From: an uncultured Alphaproteobacteria bacterium
Lineage (GTDB): Bacteria; Pseudomonadota; Alphaproteobacteria; HIMB59; GCA-002718135
Direction: 5' to 3'
Assembly (NCBI GenBank): GCA_902595855.1
Contig: CACJRY010000004.1
Coordinates: 1,500-65,499 of the forward strand
DNA: 64,000 nt
The translations under genes and the position numbers were made by a program. The notes under the pieces are model-generated. The model was not told the origin of the DNA and ran no database searches. It saw nothing but the letters and a program-made list of their open reading frames with translations. This document shows positions 49,897 through 58,212 of the stretch, in pieces (the stretch's first letter is position 1; every line of letters begins with the position of its first letter).

Positions 49897-51525
49897 ATGC
49901 CAAAAACTAAGTATGATGTAGCAATTGTTGGTGGTGGTCATAATGGCCTGACAACTGCATGTTATCTAGCTAAAGCTGGATTAAAAGTAGCTGTAATCGA
50001 ACGTCATAGTTATGTTGGCGGAGCTGCTGTAAGTAGAGAATTGCATCCAGGCTGGACTTATTCTAATTGTTCGTATGTATGTAGCTTACTTAGACCAGAG
50101 ATATTTAGAGATTTAGAGCTTTCCAAGTACGGTTTGCAAATAATTCCTTATGAAGGAAGCGCTTCAATGCTTGATGATGGTAGATTTTATGCTCATTATA
50201 GTGACCATGATCTAAATTACAGATCAATAGCTCAATTTTCAAAAAAAGATGCAGAAGCTTATGAGAGATTTGGGAAAGATGTCATGAGGCAGTGCAAAAT
50301 AATAAAACCTCTTTTAAAAATGACACCTCCTGATCCAACTTCATTTAGGCCAAAAGATATTATGGGGCTTTTGGAGTTTGCAAAATATTTTGCAGCAAAA
50401 GATGAATTAGGTGGATTAGGAGAAAAAGAGATTTATGACACAATTCGTTTTTGGACAATGAGTGTTCGTGATTATTTAGAAGAATATTTTGAGTCAGATG
50501 TAGTCAAAGCACATTTAGCTGGATCAGCAATAATTGGCACCGCTCTTGGTCCCTATTCACCAGGTTCAGCTTATGTATTATTGCATCATTATATGGGTGA
50601 GGTTGATGGAACTGTTGGCGCATGGGGATACTCACGTGGAGGAATGGGATCAATTACAAAAGCAATGGCTGCTTCTCTAAAAGCAAATGGAGGTGATATC
50701 ATCGCAGGATCTCCCGTAACTAAAATATTAATTAAAAATAATCGTAGTCATGGAGTTGTTCTAGAAAATGGAGATGAAATATTTGCAGATAAGTTAGTTT
50801 CAAATCTTGATGTGAAAAGAACTTTTTTAAAAGTTGTTGAGAAAAAAGAATTACCTGATGATTTTTATAATGCAGTAAAAAATTTTAAAATAAGAGGTTC
50901 ATCAGGAAAATTAAATATTGCACTTGATGATTTACCAATATGGAAAAGTATTCCTGAAGGAGATCCTGCTGGAACAGGAGACTTACACATTACCCAAAGT
51001 ATAGAAGAAATGGAAGGCGCATATGATGATTGGAAAGATGGACGATGGTCAAAATTCCCATACGTAGATATGTGTATACCGAGTATCAATGATCCAACAA
51101 TGGCACCACAAGGTAAGCATTATATGTCTGTTTTTGTTCAATATGTACCTTATAATTTAACAGATGGAGGATGGACTGAAGAAAAGAGATTAGAGTTTGG
51201 GAAACATGTGATGAGTAGAATTGGTTCATACTCTGAAAACTTTAATGATATTATAAATCATGCTGAAATAAGAACACCTAAAGAACTTGAAAAAGAAGTT
51301 GGATTAACTGAAGGAAATATTTTCCAAGGTGAGCTCACAATGGATCAATTAATGTTTAATAGACCAATACCTGGTTATGCCCAATATAAAACACCTATTA
51401 AAAATCTTTATATGTGTGGATCTAGTACTCACCCAGGTGGAGGTGTTATGGGAGCACCAGGAGCAAATGCTGCTAGAGAAATTTTAATCGATTTAAAAAA
51501 ACAATTTAATTCACATTACATATGA
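49897..51525 (+). CDS. NAD(P)/FAD-dependent oxidoreductase, CrtI/amine-oxidase fold (COG1233-like), function unknown
   Basis: 542 aa. Dinucleotide fold DVAIVGGGHNGLTTACYLAKAGLKVAVIERHSYVGG; C-terminal LYMCGSSTHPGGGVMGAPGANAA, typical of the phytoene-desaturase-like family. Confidence 0.75.
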   Translation: MPKTKYDVAIVGGGHNGLTTACYLAKAGLKVAVIERHSYVGGAAVSRELHPGWTYSNCSYVCSLLRPEIFRDLELSKYGLQIIPYEGSASMLDDGRFYAHYSDHDLNYRSIAQFSKKDAEAYERFGKDVMRQCKIIKPLLKMTPPDPTSFRPKDIMGLLEFAKYFAAKDELGGLGEKEIYDTIRFWTMSVRDYLEEYFESDVVKAHLAGSAIIGTALGPYSPGSAYVLLHHYMGEVDGTVGAWGYSRGGMGSITKAMAASLKANGGDIIAGSPVTKILIKNNRSHGVVLENGDEIFADKLVSNLDVKRTFLKVVEKKELPDDFYNAVKNFKIRGSSGKLNIALDDLPIWKSIPEGDPAGTGDLHITQSIEEMEGAYDDWKDGRWSKFPYVDMCIPSINDPTMAPQGKHYMSVFVQYVPYNLTDGGWTEEKRLEFGKHVMSRIGSYSENFNDIINHAEIRTPKELEKEVGLTEGNIFQGELTMDQLMFNRPIPGYAQYKTPIKNLYMCGSSTHPGGGVMGAPGANAAREILIDLKKQFNSHYI

Positions 51526-53000
51526 GAAAATTTGATATTATAATTATAGGGGGAGGACACAATGGTTTAGTTGCAGCAAGTGTTCTTTCAAAAAAAGGAA
51601 ATAAAGTTCTGGTTATAGAGAAAAATGAACAATTAGGTGGTCTCTCTAACTACGTTGACTCATTAAGTTATATTTCTGAAGAAGTTTTAAAAGAATTAAA
51701 TATTAAAATTGAAAAAGATATAAATGAAAATTATGTTTCTGCTTTATCTGACGATTTAAATCATACGGTACTTAAAATTAATGGTAACAAAAATATTGAA
51801 ATTTTACAAACTAATGCGAGTGAGTCTGATCAAGTAAATTTTATTAAATTAATCAATAAATACGATTTATTTGCTAGAACATTAAGATCATTCATGTTTA
51901 AAAAACCTCCAAGAGTTAAATCAGGTTCTAGATCTGATATATGGCAATTAGTTTCAATGGGTCTTAAAGTCAGACTTCTTGGCAAAAAAAACATGCGAGA
52001 ATTATTACGAGTCATCGGTTTAAATATTGCTGATGATTTAGAAGATAATATAACCGATAATATTCTAAAGGGTCTGTTATCAAATGAGGCTGTTATTGGT
52101 ACAAATCTTGGTGCAAGATCTCCAGGATCAATTTTAAATTTATTGTATAACCAGGCGACAAATAATTCAATTTTTAGAATTAATAAATACAATACAAATT
52201 CTTTTTTAAATTCCATTAGAGAAATCTGTAAAAAAAATAATGTTGAAATTGAAACTAATAAAAAAGTAGAGAAAATTAATATTTCTAATCAAAATGTTAA
52301 TTCAGTTTTACTTGATACTGGAGAAGAAATTCAGACTTCTTCAATAATCTCGAATGTAGACCCAAAAACCACATATTTAAAATTGGTCGGAGCTGCTAAT
52401 CTTGATACTGACTTCATCAGAAGAACCAAAAACTATCGCACCAAAGGAACAGTGGCCAAAATTCATATCGACTTTGAGAATGAGATAAAAATTAATAATT
52501 TAGACACAAAATATTTATCTGGTAAATTTGTTTATGCTCCTGATATAAAATATATAGAACATGCTTTTAATGATAATAAGTATAATAAATTATCATCTAA
52601 TCCCTGTTTAGAATTTTATATCAATAAAAATAAATTGTCTGCAAATATTTATTTTATACCTTATTTAATTAATTCCGCACATGATAAGAAAAAAATATTG
52701 TCAAATGTTAAACTGATTTTAGAAAAATTTGTCACAGAAAATCAAATTCTTTCATCTACAATTGAAACACCTAATGATATTGAGGATAAATATAATATTA
52801 GTGGTGGCCATTGGAGTCATGGTGATATGGAAATTGATCAACTTTTAATGATGCGTCCATTTTATGGATCATCCCAATATTCAACTCCAATAAATGGCTT
52901 GTATCTCTGTAGCGCGGGTACACATCCTGGTGGTGGCGTAACAGGCATTAATGGAATTAATGCTGCAAAACAATTACTAAAGGACAATCGTAATGGATAA
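51522..53000 (+). CDS. second CrtI/amine-oxidase-fold NAD(P)/FAD-dependent oxidoreductase (divergent paralog)
   Basis: 492 aa. DIIIIGGGHNGLVAASVLSKKGNKVLVIEKNEQLGG and LYLCSAGTHPGGGVTGINGINAA. ATGA overlap with the upstream paralog. Confidence 0.7.
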   Translation: MRKFDIIIIGGGHNGLVAASVLSKKGNKVLVIEKNEQLGGLSNYVDSLSYISEEVLKELNIKIEKDINENYVSALSDDLNHTVLKINGNKNIEILQTNASESDQVNFIKLINKYDLFARTLRSFMFKKPPRVKSGSRSDIWQLVSMGLKVRLLGKKNMRELLRVIGLNIADDLEDNITDNILKGLLSNEAVIGTNLGARSPGSILNLLYNQATNNSIFRINKYNTNSFLNSIREICKKNNVEIETNKKVEKINISNQNVNSVLLDTGEEIQTSSIISNVDPKTTYLKLVGAANLDTDFIRRTKNYRTKGTVAKIHIDFENEIKINNLDTKYLSGKFVYAPDIKYIEHAFNDNKYNKLSSNPCLEFYINKNKLSANIYFIPYLINSAHDKKKILSNVKLILEKFVTENQILSSTIETPNDIEDKYNISGGHWSHGDMEIDQLLMMRPFYGSSQYSTPINGLYLCSAGTHPGGGVTGINGINAAKQLLKDNRNG

Positions 53001-54180
53001 TTCATTTTCATTTACTAAACCTCTTTTAGAAACACCTTTTCATGAAAGGACTTATGAAGCTTGCTATAACAATGATTGGTATCGTTGGGCTGGATACAAA
53101 ATTGCAAGAGAGTATTCTAATACAGAATTAGAATATACCGCTATGAGAAATACAGCAGGTGTCTTAGATATAACACCAATGCATAAGTATGATATTAAAG
53201 GAGCAGATGCGATAAGATTTGTAGATAAATTAGTCACAAGAAATGTAACTGAAATAAAGTCTGGCCAAGTTATGTATATTATTTGGTGTAATGAAGATGG
53301 AAATGTGATCGATGATGGTACTGTCTTCTGTTTTGACTCAAATCACTTAAGAATATTTTGTGCAGAAAGAAATTTGAATTGGTTTTCTGATACAGCAATA
53401 GGTTTTGATGTTGAAGTAGAAGATGTAAGTGACACTATTGCTGCTTTAGCATTTCAAGGCCCTCTTTCTTGTAAAATTTTAAATTTATTAAATGTCAAAA
53501 ATATAGAAAACCTGAAACCATTTTACTTTGATGATTTTGATCTTAATGGTTGCAAAGTTACCATATCAAGAACAGGTTTTTCTGGAGATTTAGGCTATGA
53601 AATTTGGTGTAAAAATGAAGATGCTATTAGTGTATGGGACTCACTATTCAAGTTTAATAGAGACTACAAAGTTTTACCTGCGGGTATGAATGCATTAGAA
53701 ATGGTTAGAGTTGAAGCAGGATTTATTCAACCTAATGCAGACTTTATGTCAGCTGAACAAGCATTACGTCCAAATAGAATGAGGAATCCATTTGAATTAG
53801 GTATGGGCTGGTTAGTAGATTTAAACAAAAACTATTTTACAGGAAAAAAAAATCTAGTTGACCTTAAGAAAAAAACTTTAACTAAAAAATTAGTTGGTCT
53901 TGATATTCAAGGTGATAAACCTGCTATTGGTTCAGTTTTATATGATAAAAATAAAAAAGAAATTGGTATTGTGACTGCAGGTATGTGGTCGCCTAGCTTA
54001 AAATCCAATATAGCTTTTGGTTATGTCGATAAGGATCATATGAAAATTGGATCTAAAGTTTTTGCTGAAATATATCATCCTGAGGAATTAGAATATAAAA
54101 AAATATGGGCTGAATGTTCAGTTGTAAAAAAACAGTTTTTTAATCCACCAAGACGGCATAAAGTACCTGCTGAGATATAA
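52993..54180 (+). CDS. aminomethyltransferase (GcvT) family folate-binding protein, stand-alone
   Basis: 395 aa. TPFHERT…, ELEYTAMRNTAGVLDITPMHKYDIKGADA, ISRTGFSGDLGYEIW, RVEAGF, typical of the GcvT/DmdA/sarcosine-oxidase-alpha folate domains. 8-nt overlap with the upstream gene. Confidence 0.8.
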   Translation: MDNSFSFTKPLLETPFHERTYEACYNNDWYRWAGYKIAREYSNTELEYTAMRNTAGVLDITPMHKYDIKGADAIRFVDKLVTRNVTEIKSGQVMYIIWCNEDGNVIDDGTVFCFDSNHLRIFCAERNLNWFSDTAIGFDVEVEDVSDTIAALAFQGPLSCKILNLLNVKNIENLKPFYFDDFDLNGCKVTISRTGFSGDLGYEIWCKNEDAISVWDSLFKFNRDYKVLPAGMNALEMVRVEAGFIQPNADFMSAEQALRPNRMRNPFELGMGWLVDLNKNYFTGKKNLVDLKKKTLTKKLVGLDIQGDKPAIGSVLYDKNKKEIGIVTAGMWSPSLKSNIAFGYVDKDHMKIGSKVFAEIYHPEELEYKKIWAECSVVKKQFFNPPRRHKVPAEI

Positions 54181-54184
54181 TAAA

Positions 54185-55336
54185 ATGGAATTCAATTTTA
54201 CTGAAGAGCAAAATCTTTTAATAAATACAACTAAAGCTTTTGTAAAAGCAGAGTTACTTCAACATGAAGAACTTTTAGAAAAAACAAATAATTTGCCAAA
54301 AGAATTATATGATGAAATTAAGAAAAAAAGTATTGAAGCAGGATTATATGCTTGCAATATGCCAGTTGAGCATGGTGGTGGTGGTTTAAATGCTTTTGAT
54401 TTAACCTTAGTTGAAAAACATTTAGGTTTTGCATCTCTTGCCTTAGCTGAAATTGCTTGGCGTCCACAAAATATCCTAATGGCCTGTGAGGGTGAATTAA
54501 TTGATGAATACTTAAAACCTGCCATTACTGGTGAGAGAAAAGATTGTATTGCGATGACCGAGCCTGAGGCTGGTTCAGATCTTAGAGGAATGAAAACAAA
54601 TGCAAAAAAAGATGGTGATGATTGGGTAATAAATGGAACTAAACATTTTATATCAAATGCTCATATTTCTGACTTTGTTGTTTTATTTGCCTCAACTGGA
54701 ACTGACGAACAAGGAAGAAATTTATTGTCATGTTTTCTGGTTGATCTTCATCAAAAAGGTGTTGAAGTAACTAAGGGCTACGACTGTGTTTCTCATAGAG
54801 GATATGTAAATAATGTTATCAATTTTAATGACTGCAGAATACCTGGAAAAAATATTTTAGGTGAAAAGGATAAAGGTTTTGAATTAATGAATGTGTGGTT
54901 AGAAGCAACACGATTAACAGTAGCGGCAACTTCTGTATCAAGGGCAGAAAGAGCATTTGATATTGCACTTGACTGGTCAGCTAATAGAAAACAATTTGGA
55001 AAAGTAATTGGAAAGTTTCAAGGTGTTTCTTTTAAATTAGCAGATATGGCCACAAATATTAAAGCTGCAAATCTAATGCTACTTGAGTCAGCATGGAAGA
55101 TTGATGAAAAAACTCTATCATCTCAAGATGCTGCGATGACAAAATTATTTTGTACTGAAATGCTTGGAAAAGTATCAGATGAAGCAATTCAAATTTGTGG
55201 AGGCATGGGTTTAATGTCTGACATTCCACTAGAAAGAATCTGGCGTGATGCAAGAATAGAGCGGATTTGGGAAGGCACAAGTGAAATCCAAAGGCATATT
55301 ATCTCAAGATCTTTGTTAAGACCTCTTGGGGCTTAA
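54185..55336 (+). CDS. acyl-CoA dehydrogenase
   Basis: 383 aa. CIAMTEPEAGSDL, QICGGMGLM, RDARIERIWEGTSEIQR. Confidence 0.9.
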   Translation: MEFNFTEEQNLLINTTKAFVKAELLQHEELLEKTNNLPKELYDEIKKKSIEAGLYACNMPVEHGGGGLNAFDLTLVEKHLGFASLALAEIAWRPQNILMACEGELIDEYLKPAITGERKDCIAMTEPEAGSDLRGMKTNAKKDGDDWVINGTKHFISNAHISDFVVLFASTGTDEQGRNLLSCFLVDLHQKGVEVTKGYDCVSHRGYVNNVINFNDCRIPGKNILGEKDKGFELMNVWLEATRLTVAATSVSRAERAFDIALDWSANRKQFGKVIGKFQGVSFKLADMATNIKAANLMLLESAWKIDEKTLSSQDAAMTKLFCTEMLGKVSDEAIQICGGMGLMSDIPLERIWRDARIERIWEGTSEIQRHIISRSLLRPLGA

Positions 55337-57383
55337 TTTTGTGAACTTGAATAAATTATTTAGACCAAAAAAACTTGCAATAATTGGAGGATATTGGGCT
55401 GACTTTGTTTATGATGAAAATATAAAGATTGGCTTTAAAGGAGAAATTTGGCACATTAATCCAAAGAGAAAAAGTTCAAAAAAAAAGAAATATTACAAAA
55501 GTATAGCTGACTTACCGTCAATCCCTGATTGCGTTTATATTGCAGTTTCAAACAATTTAACAATTCAATTAATGAAGCAAATTTCTGAAATTGGTGCTGG
55601 AGGTGCTGTATGCTTAGCTTCAAGATTTTCAGAATTAAATACTGCAGAGGGAAAAGAAAAAACTAAAAAATTAATAAGTAATTCAGGCAAAACTCCTTTT
55701 TTAGGCCCTAATTGTTATGGATTTATAAATTATTTCGATAGAGTTTCAGTTTGGTCAGATCAAGTTGCGGGTAGTCAAACAAACAAAGGTGTGGCTATTA
55801 TTTGTCAAAGTGGAACTATTGGCAATACAATTAGTTTCAATCACAGATCTCTTCCAATAGGATACATCATATCATTGGGCAATCAGGCTAAAATAAGCAT
55901 TGAGGATACAATTGAATATTCTCTGAGAGATAAAAGAGTTACGGCAATCGGTATATACGCTGAAGGTTTCACAAGCATAAATAAACTAATTAAAGTATTA
56001 AAAATCTCCAAAGAAAAAAAAATCCCAATAGCTATTGTCAAAGTTGGCAGGTCAAAAGTTGCATCTGAAACAATTTTAACTCATACAGGCTCATTAAGTG
56101 GCAAAGAAAATATTTATGATGCTTTGTTTAAAAGAATGGGAGTAGCTAGATGCGAAACACTATCAGAACTTACAGAGTTGTTAAAATATTTTCATACACA
56201 TGGAGTTATTTCGAATGATCTAATATCAATTATGGGACCCTCAGGTGGAGATATGGCAATGTTAGGAGATGCCGCTGAAACATTAGATTTAAAATTTGGA
56301 AAAATTAAAACAGAAATTAAAAATGATCTAAAAAAAGTAAATCATCCTGGTGTAATAGTATCTAATCCTTTTGATATGCAAACATATAATTGGAATGATC
56401 CTGACAATATAGAAAAGACATTTAAAATTTTTTTTAAAAATAATTTTAGTTCAATAAGCTTAATGTTAGATTTTCCAAATATGGAAAATTGCGATACTGA
56501 TGAATGGGATGCTATAGTTGATAAATTTATAAAAGTTGCAAAAAAATATAAAAACGGAAGCCTAATTTCATCTTTATCAGACACTATGCCAAAGCATATT
56601 CGTGATAAATGTATAAAGAATGGAGTTTCGCCTCTTCAAGGAATGAGAGAAGCTCTATTCACAATTAAAAAAGCAATAGAAATCGGAAGTATTTGGAAGA
56701 AGGAGTCACCTGTAAATAGTTATAAAGTAGAGAATAATAGTAGTAAAAATATAAAAACTTACTCTGAATTTGAGTCTAAAAAACTGTTAAATAAAATTGG
56801 AATTAAAACCCCTAAAGGATTAATTTCAAATAAAAATAAATTAAAAAAAGATAGTGCTAAAATTGGTTTTCCATTAGTTGCTAAAATTCACTCAAACAAA
56901 ATATTTCATAAATCCGAGCTCAATGGTGTCATCACCAATATTAAAAATGTGAATGAATTAATTACCAAAACAAAAACATTTAAAGATCAAATTTTATTAG
57001 AAAAAATGGTCGACAATACAATAATAGAAATTTTAATAGGTATCAAAATTGATTCTGAATTTGGTCCTGTAATTGTTATAGGTTCTGGAGGAATTTACAC
57101 AGAGCTGATAAGAGAAACCAAAACTCTTCTATTGCCCTTAGCAAAAAAAGATATCAAAAATGAATTAAAAAAAATGAAAATAGGTAAAATTTTATTTGGC
57201 TATAGAAATGCTAACTCAGCAGATGTAAAGGTTTTAATTAATACTGTATTAAAATTATCTAAATTTGCTGAAAAAAATATAAATAAATTGCATGAAATTG
57301 AAATTAATCCACTAATTGTTTGCAAAAAAAATAAAGGTGTATTTGCTGTCGACGCACTAATACATTATTTTGAAGAATTATGA
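55326..57383 (+). CDS. ADP-forming acyl-CoA synthetase (fused CoA-binding + succinyl-CoA-synthetase-like + ATP-grasp domains)
   Basis: 685 aa. N-terminal LFRPKKLAIIGG CoA-binding domain, central ligase-CoA domain, C-terminal ATP-grasp (GFPLVAKIHS…). Start uncertain: TTG 55326 in the track, GTG 55341 also possible. Confidence 0.8.
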   Translation: MGLNFVNLNKLFRPKKLAIIGGYWADFVYDENIKIGFKGEIWHINPKRKSSKKKKYYKSIADLPSIPDCVYIAVSNNLTIQLMKQISEIGAGGAVCLASRFSELNTAEGKEKTKKLISNSGKTPFLGPNCYGFINYFDRVSVWSDQVAGSQTNKGVAIICQSGTIGNTISFNHRSLPIGYIISLGNQAKISIEDTIEYSLRDKRVTAIGIYAEGFTSINKLIKVLKISKEKKIPIAIVKVGRSKVASETILTHTGSLSGKENIYDALFKRMGVARCETLSELTELLKYFHTHGVISNDLISIMGPSGGDMAMLGDAAETLDLKFGKIKTEIKNDLKKVNHPGVIVSNPFDMQTYNWNDPDNIEKTFKIFFKNNFSSISLMLDFPNMENCDTDEWDAIVDKFIKVAKKYKNGSLISSLSDTMPKHIRDKCIKNGVSPLQGMREALFTIKKAIEIGSIWKKESPVNSYKVENNSSKNIKTYSEFESKKLLNKIGIKTPKGLISNKNKLKKDSAKIGFPLVAKIHSNKIFHKSELNGVITNIKNVNELITKTKTFKDQILLEKMVDNTIIEILIGIKIDSEFGPVIVIGSGGIYTELIRETKTLLLPLAKKDIKNELKKMKIGKILFGYRNANSADVKVLINTVLKLSKFAEKNINKLHEIEINPLIVCKKNKGVFAVDALIHYFEEL

Positions 57384-58156
57384 ACGAACCTGTTAAAACA
57401 ATAATAAAAGACTCAATCCTCGAAGTTACAATAGATAGACCTAAAGCAAACGCTATTGATGCAAAAACTAGTATAATTTTAGGAGAAATTTTTTCTAACT
57501 TTAGAGATGATCCAAATTTAAAAGTAGCAATTATAACTGGCGCTGGAGAGAAATTTTTTTCAGCTGGATGGGATTTAAAAGCAGTTAATGAGGGAGAAGA
57601 GGCTGATGCTTACTATGGAGAAGGTGGATTTGGGGGATTACAAGAGCTTCCAAATTTAAATAAGCCAGTTATTGCAGCAGTAAACGGTATAGCATGTGGT
57701 GGTGGATTTGAAATAATGATATCTGCAGATATTATTGTAGCTTCAGAAGATTCTACTTTTGCATTACCTGAAATTAATGTGGGTGTAATAGCTGATGCAG
57801 CAACTATAAAACTAAGAAGAAGAATTCCATATCATGTAGCAGTTGAATTTTTGATGACTGGAAGATGGATGGATACTAGGGAAGCAAAACATTGGGGTCT
57901 AATTAATGAGGTTGTTGAAAAAAAAGATGTATTAAATAGAGCATGGGATATAGCAACAAAAATCTCAAAAGGACCTAACTTAATTTATGCTTCAATTAAA
58001 GAGGTTCTAAGAGAAACCGAAAATGAAAAAGAGCTACCTTCATTTAAAATATTACGATCTCTAGAAACTGTTAAAAAGGTATATGGTAGTCATGATTTAA
58101 AAGAAGGGGCTTCATCTTTTGTTAAAAAAACTGACCCTAAATGGCAAGATAAATAA
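57380..58156 (+). CDS. caiD: crotonase-family hydratase, carnitinyl-CoA dehydratase (CaiD)-like
   Basis: 258 aa. Long identical runs to E. coli CaiD as I remember it: DRPKANAIDAKTS, FRDDPxLxVAIITGAGEKFFSAGWDLKA, KPVIAAVNG. ATGA overlap with the synthetase gene. Confidence 0.8.
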   Translation: MNEPVKTIIKDSILEVTIDRPKANAIDAKTSIILGEIFSNFRDDPNLKVAIITGAGEKFFSAGWDLKAVNEGEEADAYYGEGGFGGLQELPNLNKPVIAAVNGIACGGGFEIMISADIIVASEDSTFALPEINVGVIADAATIKLRRRIPYHVAVEFLMTGRWMDTREAKHWGLINEVVEKKDVLNRAWDIATKISKGPNLIYASIKEVLRETENEKELPSFKILRSLETVKKVYGSHDLKEGASSFVKKTDPKWQDK

Positions 58157-58174
58157 TATTTCTATATATTTTCG

Positions 58175-58189
58175 TTGAATGCATATTCA
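58175..58189. promoter_or_regulatory. operator-like site TTGAAT-GCAT-ATTCA (site 3 of 3, 11 of 12 core positions)
   Basis: In the 56-nt spacer between the caiD-like gene and the aminotransferase gene, 23 nt before the ATG at 58213. Confidence 0.35.
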
Positions 58190-58212
58190 GCGAATGATAC
58201 TATACATTTACA

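Noticed and set aside
49897-53000. Reading the two CrtI-like genes as carotenoid (phytoene desaturase) biosynthesis genes
   Set aside because: No crtB/crtE/crtY or other carotenoid genes are nearby. The genes are translationally coupled to a GcvT-type protein and to acyl-CoA/betaine enzymes behind a TetR-type operator. The fold is shared with flavin amine oxidases, which fits the context better.
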